Shown here: one piece after another, positions 12,711 to 26,999 of the stretch
How the letters are laid out: the number at the start of each line of letters is the position of its first letter
Numbering within the stretch: the stretch's first letter is position 1
NCBI GenBank assembly: GCA_964016885.1
Contig: OZ024742.1
Location: 210,676,001-210,740,000, forward strand
Reading direction: 5' to 3'
DNA: 64,000 nucleotides
Source: Eledone cirrhosa
Taxonomy: Eukaryota
Position numbers and translations under genes: made by a program
The notes under the pieces: model-generated
Database searches by the model: none
What the model was told of the DNA's origin: nothing
What the model saw: the letters and a program-made list of their open reading frames with translations, nothing else

Positions 12711-12833
12711 TCTTTCATATAATTGTTCTGCATCCCCTTGCATTGAACCACAAAGTTACTAAGACAAAACCTATATATTTGCTAGCATAGGTATGCATCT
12801 GTATATATATGTTAGTAGATATACTAATTCTTT
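12711..12833 (+). mobile_element. Family A fragment
   Basis: Matches 55860-55980. Confidence 0.7.
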
Positions 12834-12864
12834 ATATATATATATATATATATGGTGGGGAGTG

Positions 12865-13090
12865 TATAAGCAAAACGTAAACAGAAATGACAAAGCAAAC
12901 GACACAGTACAACGAAGAAATATATTAGTTTAACGTTTAATTTAGTAGGAAAAGCGTCTTAACGTTTCGGACACTAGTTTTTCAAGAGAAGATAGAATAA
13001 GAAAAAGAAAGATGAAATATAAAGATAGAGAGAGAAGAGGAAGGAACGGAAAAATCATTTTTGAGAAAAAATACACGTGTATTCAGTCAG
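12865..13090 (-). mobile_element. Family G short element with degenerate HHR
   Basis: Similar to the reverse complement of 16850-17063; minus strand retains ccGAAAcgTTaaga. Confidence 0.55.
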
Positions 13091-13099
13091 CCATTTTTG

Positions 13100-13184
<85 letters not shown>

Positions 13185-13460
13185 AGTATACTAGTAATAA
13201 TCCGATTCGTTCAACTGATCATATTGGTAAGAAAAATAATTAAGCTCAGTTTATGTATGAAGAATTCAATACATGGAAATATCATCCTATTCTGACAATT
13301 TCTCGTTGCCATGAAATTTAATTAATGTGAGTTGTGGGGCGTATAACACTCAGACAGACCTCCCCGAGGGACCTATCGGAAGCGATCATCACCAAAGGAT
13401 CCTGACGAATACTCAAGCGAGACCAACCGAGGTTATGGATGTTATCCTTGTTTAATTTAA

Positions 13461-13500
<40 letters not shown>

Positions 13501-14648
13501 ATGCCTTTTTTTCCAACAAATATATGATGATCGCTTATCATACTAGCCGTTAAATGTCGTTTATTGCACGCCGTCTGTTACTTTAATGAGTCACCTAAAT
13601 GAACAACGGTTCAGTGCACAACGTATGTGGCTTTAACGAGGCATTTACACATTTCCTCAATGGTTGCCTGCATAGTTATACCAGGTACCCTAGGTCTCCA
13701 ATGCTATGTGTTGAAACTTATAGTGTATCGCTATTTGGTCATGTTTGATGTTTTTATTGATTCTATGTGTTGATTGTATGTGTTGCCGCGTTAAATGCAT
13801 CAATCGATGAAGGCGCATTGTATTTACGCATATGTATTCACCTCTCAGTGATGCTTCAAACGAAACCCCCCCACCCCCCATCTAATCGATACAGCAATAC
13901 AGACACCGCACTCTCCAATGGTTCGTTTTATTATCGCGTTGATCGCAATATTCCCAGCATGATGTACTACATATTACTTACAAAACAGACCATGAAATCC
14001 CCCGAGCATTAACGACAGCTAGCTTCGTCAGTTGATGTGCAAGCACTAATGCGTAATGTAAACGTTATACGAAGTTGTTCGAGAGATAACAGAGTCCCCA
14101 GATTAAAGGAAGAAGCGAGCAAAGCGTCCAACAAAGTAGTTGAGTAACACTCTTTAGTTGCAAATAATTTAAAATGTATTAGATCAGTAAGTTAATATAA
14201 AGGGTGGTGTGCTCATGCGCAGAGATGCAAAGTTTCGAAAAAGTCCGAGAGATTGGCTACGTATAAATTTGGAAGTATTCTGAGATTTAAGCATCCAGAC
14301 ATTCATCAAAATTAAATGCAGTATAATATTGGGGTAATAAAGCATTTAGCGCAGAATCCCTGAATAAGCAGAGTCAGTAGCATATGCTACTTTTCTTTTT
14401 CTATGCTACTTTTCTTTTTCTATGTTAAAACGGTGCTGTTTAAAATGCTACGTTTGTAAAGTCATCTTGCTTTCTATCCAAGTACACAGTTCAAATGTTG
14501 AAGAGAATTATAACTTCTTGCAAGTTAAATACTGCTAGACGCAATGTTGCTGGTGGCGGGAGGAGGAAAAGTAAATAGGGTGCAGGCCATCTGTTTTGTT
14601 TTATCATGTCCACAAATAAACCAGTTTAACATTGAGATAAATTATATA

Positions 14649-15996
14649 TCTCTCTATATAAAATTCTTTGTCTCTCTGTCTGTCTGTTCCTATGCATTCT
14701 CCAACGGCTGGACCAAATCAAATCAAATTTTACAAAGTATTAGACCCCTGAATTGTCAACATATAATTTTTATTTTCATTTGGATTAAAACAATATAACA
14801 TTTTATCTAAAATAATACTTTTATAGTCAACTATAGTAAACCACGACGACGGCGACGACGACTCCCATTTTGTATATAAGGCTGTATGTGTCTGTGAGTG
14901 TATGTGTGTTTGTGCGTTTGTTATGTATGTTCGGTGGATTGGCAATATCGGTAGAGGATCGGACGCCATGCTTTGCTTTGCAGCAAAGAATTACGGCCCT
15001 TTATGGTCTGAGTTCAAACTCTGCCTTTCATCCTTACGGGGTCGGTAAAATAAAGTACCAGTAATACACTAGGATAATTGCTGGCCTTGTGCCAAAAGTA
15101 GAAACAGTTATGTATGTTAGGCCTCAGAGAATTAAACACGCACACATCGATACATACATACACATAATGTGTGTGAGTGTATGTGACAGAGTAGACGTCA
15201 CATTTTGTATGTCTGTCTTAGTATATGTACATGAATGTATGTTAGAGTGTATGTGTGTGTGTAAGTGTATGTGAGAGTGTATGTGTGTGTGAGTGTATGT
15301 GTATTGACTGACATAACGATATTTTCTTTAGTCAACTATAGTAAACCACCACCACCACCACCACCACCACCACGACCACGACAACGTCACATTTTGTATA
15401 TGAGTGTGCACACAGACAATTAAACACACATACACATCTACACATACACATCTACACATACAGATACATAAGTGATGACAGACAGGTGTGCGTGAATGTA
15501 TGTCTGTGTGTGTCTGTCTTAGTATATGTGTGTGAGTGTATGTGTGTGTGAGTGTATGTGTGTGTGAGTGTATGTGAGAGTGTATGTGTGTGTGAGTGTA
15601 TGTGAGAGTGTATTTGTGTGTGAGTGTATGTGTGTGTGAGTGTATGTGTGATCATTTTTATTTTCCTTTGGATTAAAACAATAGAACGTCACATTTTGTA
15701 TATGAATATGTATGTGTTTGTGAGTGTGTGTGTGTTTGCGCGTTCATTAGGTACGTTATTAAATACACACATACATCTACACATACATGAATTACACAAT
15801 GAATATTGTTTACCTTAAGATTGACAGATTTTCTTTTCTAAATTCTATTATCATTACAATTTTGATATTTAAAAAAAAAATAAAATATAGATATTTTGAA
15901 ATAATTATGAGAACAAAAAGACATATCTTCATATTTATTGTTTACTAATCTGAATAAGAACAGCAGTAACCCGGTCAAAGCCGGGTAATTCAGCTA

Positions 15997-15997
<1 letters not shown>
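14649..15997 (+). mobile_element. Non-autonomous Helitron
   Basis: 5' TCTCTCTATATAAAA..GTCTGTCTG start; 3' hairpin ACCCGG-TCAAAG-CCGGGT (15969-15986) followed by CTAG then T. Internal CA/TG repeats and a nested SINE. Confidence 0.65.
14933..15108 (+). mobile_element. tRNA-derived SINE
   Basis: Family match; TSD-like GTTATGTATGTT on both sides. Confidence 0.8.
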
Positions 15998-16061
<64 letters not shown>

Positions 16062-16460
16062 GGCTTCTCCCTCTTTATCGAGTATGGCCATTGCACGATA
16101 TACCATTATTAATAATTATTAATTAATTCTAAAATGCAATGCCTGTGTGTGAAGATATTTTTTTAAAGTGAGGAAAGACTGTGCACTGAGCCAATCCCAC
16201 TCTCTGAGCGACAGTAGCTATAACCCGAAAAGGGGAAAAGATCAACATCATCGGTAACTACTGAGGCGCAGGTTTTATATCGGAGTTATCCCAGTTTCCT
16301 GAGTTGCCTTCTCCTAGAAGAATGCCCTGAGAAAGGCTAGGGGTCCTTCACTCCCAGTGGTTTAACCGCGCGATCGGGTGTCCATCCCGACTATTTCTAT
16401 GTCCCCGCGCATATACATACACATGCACCCATGTATATACACATATACATATACATACAT

Positions 16461-16536
<76 letters not shown>

Positions 16537-16849
16537 TCGGATAGAATGCTTTGCGGTATTCCACCCGGCTTTCTGCTCTCTCAATTCAAATCCTGCCAAG
16601 GTCGACTTTGGCTTTCTCCTATCGTTAAAAAAAGCACCAATTTAGTACTGGGGTAGGTTCTTTCTCTTTGTCTCTTTTGTTCTATCATTCACTGGAAGAC
16701 ATCTGCTGTACTCAGGTCTGATGGGCACTACGTTTTAAAATGTCTGTATATATATATATAAATTCACAAGGATTATCTCCCTTTCAAAACCGCTCTTATA
16801 TCTGAGATATATTCTGACCAGCACTTCCCCAAAATGGCTAACTAAACAC

Positions 16850-17063
16850 ATACGTGGTTTCTATCTAAAAGCTTTTTCCATTTCTTCCTCTTCTCTCGTC
16901 TATCTTTCTATTTCTTCTTTTTTATCTGCCATTCTATCTTCTGGCGAAGGACCAAAGCCCGAAACGTTCAGACTCTTTTCCTATTATATCAAACGTTAAA
17001 TTAATATATACATTCGTTGTATTGTATCGTTTTCCTGTGTTGTTTATCCGTTTACTTTGCTTA
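16850..17063 (+). mobile_element. Family G short element with degenerate HHR (16937-16972)
   Basis: tctt-CTGGCGA-aggaccaaagccc-GAAA-cg-TT-caga; tail matches 12865-12950. Confidence 0.55.
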
Positions 17064-17479
17064 CATATATATATGTCTGTGCGCATGTGTGTGTGTGTAT
17101 GTGTGTGTGTGCGTGTGTGTGCGTGTGTGCGCGCAGAATGTATGTGTGCAGTATGTGTGTATTTGAGTGTGCGAGTATGTGTATGCGTGTGTGTTTGTGT
17201 ATGAATGTGAGTATATGTGTGCGTGTGTGTGAGTATGTGTATGTGTATGTGTGAGTATATGTGTGCGCGTGTGAGTATGTGTGTATGTGTGTTTGCAGTA
17301 AACAGGGGGAAAACAAAATCAAGACGGAATATGATACAAATTGAAATTATGAATTTAACACTCTTGAGAAATAGTTACATATAACGGTTCGGACTACGCC
17401 CTTCTTCGCATGTACGCGCGCACACACGCACACACACACATCAAACACATACATACATATATATACATACATACATACA

Positions 17480-17888
17480 TGGTGGCTGCCAACTCGTTTT
17501 CGAGTACGGCCACTAATTTATATCCATGTAGGAGAACCCCTACCGATGTGCTGAACGAGTGTGACTTTTTAGTCCAGCCAGCGACTTGAAAACTCTGGTA
17601 CAAACACTACACCTGTGACAATTATTGACACATAGTGCTGGGCCCATGGTACCATGTAATGACAAGTGCAGAGAGATCTCCAGATATAAAGCAATGCCTG
17701 TGCCGTGAAGCTTTTATAGTGAGCAAAGGCACTGCACAAAGCCAGTCTCACTCTCTTAACCAAGATGATATTTACCAAAAAAAAGAACATGTCAACATCA
17801 TTGGATACCATCAGGGTTGCAGGTGTTATATCAGAGTTTTCCTTCTCCTAGAATTCTGCCTTGACAAAGGGTAAGGGGTCATCTCTCA
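17480..17888 (-). mobile_element. ~410 bp dispersed non-coding element embedded in (CATA)n
   Basis: Closely similar to the reverse complement of 41120-41508; (CATA)n on both sides; a diverged relative lies at 16060-16370. Confidence 0.8.
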
Positions 17889-19396
17889 TACATACATACA
17901 TACATACATACATACATACATACATACATACATACATACATACATACATACATACATGCGCGCTTGTGTTTGTGTTTCCAAAAGGTAACTTAAATATTTG
18001 ATATAGAGTGATAATACAAGTACTGAGTTCAATATGACCGACTAAAACTCATGAATGTGGTGCAACAGCATGGACGCAATCCAATGACTAAAATAAATTC
18101 CATTTGGTCATAGATGTTAAGACGGTTCTTTATGTTTTGGGACAAATGAATGAGATTTGCACAAACTTTACGCAGCATTACTCTCTGGCAAATTGTCAGA
18201 ATAAAGGTTTCCAATTGACACGCTGCTTATCTGAAATAGTTATTTCTCACTTTGCAAACAAAAGTAATTATTTTGCTTTTCACAAAATATATACATTCCT
18301 ATAAATATGCATACGGAGCTGAAGTTATTTCTGTCATAAGTTTTACCTACAATTTTATTTTTTCTGTGGCTTTAGCGTAAGCATGCAACTTACACTTTGT
18401 TTTATGTGGCACTTAAGATAAAGTATCAGCTTTGAAATGGCATTGATTCAATATATTCTTGAACGGATCTCAGTCTACCAATTAAAAGAAAATATAACAC
18501 GGGCCTGCTTAACAATGCTGAACTGAACTAATTAACACACCCAAAAGCAATATACATGTTTGTGCATGCGTGTCTGTAACATGTATTTTAAATAAGTAGA
18601 AAATAAGCTCTCTTCTAGCTAAATTTGCTCTTTGGTTTCAATTCATAACTGTACAACTTTTCAATTCACTTACGACGCTAATGCCATTCTAAGAAATGTA
18701 TGACCATCTCAGACTTATTGTCTCAGCTATCGTTGGCCTAGTATTCAAACAATTGGTAGACACAACATTGGAAATTATGGAGATCCAACAAAAACAACAT
18801 CACAATTGTGAATTATTGATGTTATAACTAAAAGTTCCCAGTTTAGTGACTAAGAGTTCTTGCCATCACAACTGAGAGTTCTTAATATGCCAACTGGAGC
18901 TCTCATTACCATAGACACTAAAAGCTTTTGCTGCTATAACAAAAAGCTCTAATCAAATCTGTCAAAGTATGTTACCATCGTAAGCAAGTACCCTAATTGT
19001 CTTAAAAGAGAGCACTTATTGTAGCAACCGACAGATTTAACCCTTACAACTGACAGCTCTCATCACTACAACTCTTTACAGTCACACATGAGAGCTCTAA
19101 TCAGCAGGACTGAATACCGCTGTGTAGCTAGCTATGTTTGACATTAAGAAGAGAAACACCTGGAAAGAAAAATAATTGTTTCTACTTTAGGCACAAGGCC
19201 AGCAATTACCCAGTGCATTACTGGTACTTTATTTTATCGACCCCGTAAGGATGAAAGGCAAAGTCAAAGAAAAATAATAGTCCTTTTTTCGAAACTATAC
19301 ACAGAATTTTGGAACACATTAGTTATATTGTTATGGTACCTTGTTCGGGGGAACAACACAATAGGAATAATGAGATCTGCTATGCTGCTGCTGCTG

Positions 19397-19578
<182 letters not shown>

Positions 19579-19631
19579 CGTTTCTGAATTTGTTTAGCAA
19601 GATTCTTTATCTGAAATCGTGTGTTGAAACC

Positions 19632-20035
19632 GATATTGTTATACTTTGGGAGGGTCATGTTGCCAATAAGAAACACACGCACCAGTTGCTTTCACTTCAA
19701 TTTATTATATATTTATAAATTCATAAATTTACAAATCTACAAACTTATAAATTATAAATTTCTGGTTGGTTGGTTGGTTCCACAACCAGATAGTTGTTTA
19801 TATATATAGTCATAGTCCTTTCGTCACACACTCTGTGACCTCTTCAGTGACTGGGGATTCCTTTCTTCGTTTCTGTGCCTTTTCTTTCTTCTATCCTACG
19901 CCATTTTGTTTCTGTGTGTGTGTTGTGTGCTCAGTTTGCGCATGTGCCACATCCGGGTGTCTGTGTGTGTTTGTGTTCATTTCTTATTGGCAACATTTCT
20001 TATTGGCAACATGACCCTCCCAAAGTATAACAATA
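19632..20035 (-). mobile_element. Family B element with HHR (19808-19852) and inverted terminal duplication
   Basis: Matches 11841-12045; 19634-19672 is inverted at 19996-20035. Confidence 0.75.
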
Positions 20036-20088
20036 TATATATATATATATATGATAATAATGGAGCTGCGGCGTTGTAAATGGGTTAC

Positions 20089-20323
20089 ATATGAAAAAGT
20101 TTGTCCTTCATCAGTGGCCTTCCAACCGTCGTAGGCATTTCATCGCTTTAAAGGCCATATACCTCAGGTTGGTGCGAGCAACGGCTAAAAAAAGTCGTTG
20201 GGACACGTCCCCAACGACTTTTTTTAACCGTTGCTCGCACCAACCTGAGGTATATGGCCTTTAAAGCGATGAAATGCCTACGACGGTTGGAAGGCCACTG
20301 ATGAAGGACAAACTTTTTCATAT
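20089..20323. repeat. Near-perfect ~235 bp palindrome (family E) containing a partial HHR
   Basis: Arms are reverse complements around GGGAC-AC-GTCCC; CTGATGA at 20298-20304. Confidence 0.9.
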
Positions 20324-20433
20324 ATATATATATATATATATTAAAATAACAGATTAAAGTTTAAGCAAATAATCGCTGCTTTCACCCTTAACGGGATCTT
20401 TGCTTAAACTTTAATCCGTTATTTTAATAAATA

Positions 20434-22392
<1,959 letters not shown>

Positions 22393-22476
22393 TTTGGTCT
22401 ATGGTTCTTATATATTTGATATATATTTATCCTTATCGAGCCCTCTTTGGATTTTAGTCTTCACATTTATTATTAT

Positions 22477-22555
<79 letters not shown>

Positions 22556-22625
22556 TTTGGCCGGAGTATCGCTAAAAAGCTTTCTCCGATATTGTATTTA
22601 TTTATATATATATATATATATATTT

Positions 22626-23045
22626 ATTAAAATAACAGATTAAAGTTTAACCAAAGAATCGCTGCTTTCACCCTTAACGGGATCTTCTGAAACTAACAAA
22701 GTCAATCTGTAAACGCAGAAGTGGATATTTCAAAAAACGTTGCAACCGGAGGAAGACAGGAAGACGATACTTTGGTTCGTGGAAACGTTCCCTGGCAAAG
22801 AACGGGAAAAAACGAATATAATACGTCATTAATAGGAGCGGTGAAAAACAATTACGCGCAAAGACAAAACCACGTTTATAGTATAAAAGAGGTCGTAGAC
22901 TAATGTTCTCTTAGGTGGTTCATAGAGACGTTCTCTGGCAATGAACGAAAAAAACGAAGATAATACGTCATATGTGGAGCGTGGAGAACAATTGCACGCA
23001 AAGACAAAACCACGTAAATGGTATAGCAGAAGTCATAGACTAAAA
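22626..23045. mobile_element. Family F repeat adjoining (TA)n; related copies at 20341-20430 (folded back) and 21866-22047
   Basis: Shared TTAAAATAACAGATTAAA..TCGCTGCTTTCACCCTTAACGGGATCTT. Confidence 0.7.
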
Positions 23046-23157
23046 TTCTAACTAGCACAAAAAACGGGTGCTTCCTTCCTCTTCTCATTCTTCTCCTCTC
23101 TCACCTACAGGCTGATATAGAGAGAAGGCCCATTCACTCGGGCCATTCTCGCTACTT

Positions 23158-26100
23158 TCACCCACCTTTCATAAAACTTGCTGGGGTAGAGCACCTCTCT
23201 CTCCATTCTGATCCTTCTTCTAGAGTGGTACTTGAAAAAAAGACCAGTTGTTGGCCGGAGAGAAAGGTGTCTGACCTCAGCCCTTTCAACCTTGTCCACC
23301 ATACAACTTCTTTCGCCATAGCTATCACACAGAGGAAACCGCCTCTCCTTCGTTTTTGAAAGGAGGAGGCGGTTTGATCGTGACAATGTTCTCGGTGGTC
23401 AACCGGATTGGTCCCACTCGCGACAGTAGTCGTTCCACATAGCTCCACAGGTCAGCAACGCCCGGGCAGTGTACGAATGCGTGTGCGACAGTTTCCTCGT
23501 CACGCACGCATCTCGGACAGATCTTCTTCGAGGGGTCCCTGCCCGGGCGCCCGTGTCTGTAGAGCTTGTTCCGAACGGGTAGAGCTCCTCGGTAACATTG
23601 CCAAGCCAGGGACTTTTGGAAGTTGTCCATCGGTCCCGGGCCAAACGTCCTACCGAACAGACTGGCCAGCTCATCTTCCTCCATGCCCAGAGCCTCTCCG
23701 AGAGCGTCGTCGCACTTACTGTGCACCAACCCTCTATAGAATGTTGAGGTTGAGTCTCCACTGATTGCCGGATCTGCTTGCCAGAGGGCCGTGAGCGCCT
23801 GGGCACATTCAATGTGCCAGTCGCCCACTTTTCTCGGTCTTTGCTTGACCCAGGATTGCAGCTCGGTGAGTGAGACGAGTCTCGGAAAGGCTTGCCTCAC
23901 AAACAGGGCCCACACCGGCTGACCGGTGAGGAATACCTGGAGGTGCCGTAGCCTTAATGCGTGTCTACGCATCGTCAGCCACGGCATCCTCAGCCCTCCG
24001 TTCGAAGGGTGTTGACAGCAGATGGATCTTCTCACCAAAGGAGCCCGCTTCTTCCAAAGAAATCGGAAGAGCGCGCGCTCCATTTTGGCGAGTGTTTTCT
24101 CTGGGCAAGGCACGACGGTCAAGCGGTAGTAGATGACGGACGCTATATAAGCGTTCGCCACCTCCGCTCGACATTTCCGGGATAGTTTGCACTCGGCCCA
24201 CTTCTGGGCGAGTGCAAACACCTTGCCCGTTACCTCGTCCCAGTTTTTCTCCATCTGGAGGTCCGGTCCGAACCAGACCCCGAGCAGCTTCACCGGTCCC
24301 TCCGTCCAGCATCCGACGATGCCGTCGGAGGGCATCGGTTTGCCCCTCCACGTCCCGAGTTGCAAACCGACAGACTTGTCCCGGTTCAGCTTGGCTCCTG
24401 TGAACCTTTCATATTCCTCCAGTAAGGTGCCGATCTGCCCGATTTCCGAGGCGCACGACACCATTACTGTCACGTCATCGGCGTAGGCCGACACCGCTTT
24501 CCGCAATCCCGGTTCCAAGGGGATGCCCTGCAACAGCTCCAGCTTCCGCAGTAGTGGCTCGAGAGCCAGCACATACAGGAGGGAGGAGAGAGGGCATCCC
24601 TGTCGGATGGATCGCGTGATTTGGAACGGCTCCGAGAGGTTGCCGTTCACCTTGACCCTCGAGCAGGTGTTGCTACTGTGCATTGCAGCAATCCAGCCCC
24701 TGAAAACGGGTCCGAATCCTGCCGCCGCGAGCACCGCATCCAGGTACCGATGGTCAACCCTATCGAACGCCTTAGATTGATCCAAGTTGATCAGGGCCCC
24801 ACCAAAGCCGGGTTCGTTCCCTACCCTCTCTACGATGTATCGCATGAGGTGGAGATTGTCGTGTATGGACCTGGACGGGATTGCGCATGTCCCACCAGGT
24901 TCCCAACGACAAGCGCCAACCTCTTCGCCAAAATCTTTAACTCTGTGTTTAGCAGAGTTATGGGCCTGAAGTTATCTATGTCATCCCCCTTGTTCTCGTC
25001 TTTCCTCACCAGCGTGACTACGCCCTTGGTCACAGAACTGGGAATTCTCCCGTTCTGCTGCCAGTTGCAGTAGACCGCCTCGGGGAGACCGGAGAACAAG
25101 CCCGGCATCGCTACATAAAGTTCGTATGGCAGACCATCGAGACCCGGAGATTTGCGTTTGCCGCATTGGCTCAGCGCTTCCCCTATTTCAGCGGCTGAAA
25201 TCGGCTTCTCGCAGGACTTCGCCTCCCTGTCCGAGAGCCGCGCCAGACCGTCGAGGAATGGACCGAAATCCATGGCCCCACCCGGCCCGCCGCCCCTCCC
25301 GAACAGTCGTGCAAAGCGCCGTTGAAAGACCGCGCTCATCCGCTCAGGTTCAAGGATCACGCGTCCATCCTGGTCCTTCAAAGACCGAATCGTGGACTTG
25401 TTTCCACTTTTTGCCTCTGTCACTCGGGCCCAGCTAACAGCTTTGGCTCCCTCGTTAACCAGAGCACGTATTTTACTCCTGACAACGCAGCCCTCGTGCT
25501 TCACATCAAAGAACTGGTCTAGGGCCGTTCTTGACGCCAGCACGCCGGCCACGTTGCCACTCCTAATCGCCTCTTCTACTCTATTTGTTAATTTCCTTTC
25601 AGATATATTCCTATCTGATGCTAATTCCCGTCTAAAACCTATCGATTCTATTCTAATTTCTCTCTTGAGAGAGCCCCACCACCTGCTGTTGACAATTGTC
25701 CCTGTCAAACGCTGCTTAACTAGTGTGCTAATCCGCTTACTGTAAGCTTTGTTTGTCGGTAAAGACAAGTTTAGCTTCCAGTAACTGGGTCCCTGTCTAT
25801 GAGTTCTATCAAGGTTGACCACTCCGGTCACCAACTTGTGATCCGAATAGTCAACCATGAACATTCGTGGACAGCTTAATATGTCCCTATCCTTATTTCT
25901 AACTAGGAACCTATCTAGGTACGACCTAGATGTTCCGCTAAGATTAGTCCACGTCCACAGTGGCACAGTCGGAAAATCTAGTCGATATCTATCGGCCAGA
26001 TCAAATCGGCCGATTAATCGTTTGAGGCTGTTACACCCCCCCTCTATCGGGACATGCCCCTACATAGTCCCAACGTGCATCCAGGATACCATTCCAGTCC

Positions 26101-26519
26101 CCCACTAAAAGCAAGGAGCAAGACGTTCCCAGGAAATTCTCCAGGCGTCGGAAGAAGTCCGGTCGCGGTGTCCCAGATGGGGCATACGCTGCCACCAGCC
26201 TGAAAGCTCCACCTTCACCACTGCCGACGTCTAAAACCACCAGTCGACCCTCCGGGTCCAGGTGTACCTTCTGTGTGGCAAGACCCAGGTATTTTCGTAG
26301 CAGAACGACAATCCCACCCCAACCCCTCGGCTGACAGAGAGATGCGTAGATCTCAAAGTCGTCGAAGATGGGAGCCAGTTGGCGCTCGCTGCTGAACCTG
26401 GACTCGCAAATAACCATTACATCCACTCTTTGCGACCTGAGGTCATTTAAGAGTTTGCTCTGTTTCCAGGACATCCCCAGGCCGCGTGCATTCACACATC
26501 CAACTCTTATATTGGCCAT
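23158..26519 (-). pseudogene. Tx1 ORF2 (APE + RT + zinc motif), split by at least 3 frameshifts
   Basis: NARGL, GDWN, LDRF, SDH, KSPGLDG, NFRPITLLN, DQSKAFDRV, RQGCPLS, AYADDV, CPRC...H...HC. Confidence 0.92.
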
Positions 26520-26999
26520 GTTGGTGCTGAAGAGTTAAAAAGGAAAAGGAAAGGAAATTACTTACCTCTTCGTCTCCTGGGGACCAGGCTGCACAATTTC
26601 CATGGGGGTGTTGGAAGGGTTGTTTGGTGGGGGGGGGGGGGGTGAGGACATCAGTGTGTGGTGGGATTAGGGTGTTTGGTGGGGTGGGGGTGTCTGGTGT
26701 GGGGGTGGGGAAACATCTCAATAGGACGCTGTTAAGTGGTTTGGTGCAGTTGGTCCCCACATGCATTGGATGGTTCTTTTTCAAAGTTACATAGGTGTCC
26801 GTTGGGACCCTAATCATCATTAGGTGCGGTTTGTTCGCTGCGTAGGTGAAAGTGATCCCTTCGGTTTCCACCGAAGGGTTATTTTCTATCGCTTTCATCA
26901 AAGTTTTATTGTTCTTGTTAATGTATGTATAGAGTTTTTGTTGTGTTGTGTTTGTTTTTGTTTGTTGTTCTTGTGCGTGTTTGCGTTTTGTAGTATGTG

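Noticed and set aside
13398-13440. HHR-like CTGACGA...GAGA-cc..gg-TT
   Set aside because: GAAA is mutated and neither helix I nor stem II pairs convincingly.
17376-17413. Minus-strand HHR relic (CGAAGA-agggc-gta-gtcc-GAAC-cgtt)
   Set aside because: Both core boxes are mutated; too degenerate to count.
17481-17560. HDV-like ribozyme (GGTGGCT/GGCCACT P1 with a G-U first pair)
   Set aside because: No proper P3/L3 or P1.1 G after P1; a simple hairpin explains the pairing.
23399-25745. Antisense and alternate-frame ORFs inside the Tx1 element
   Set aside because: Shadow ORFs of GC-rich coding sequence.
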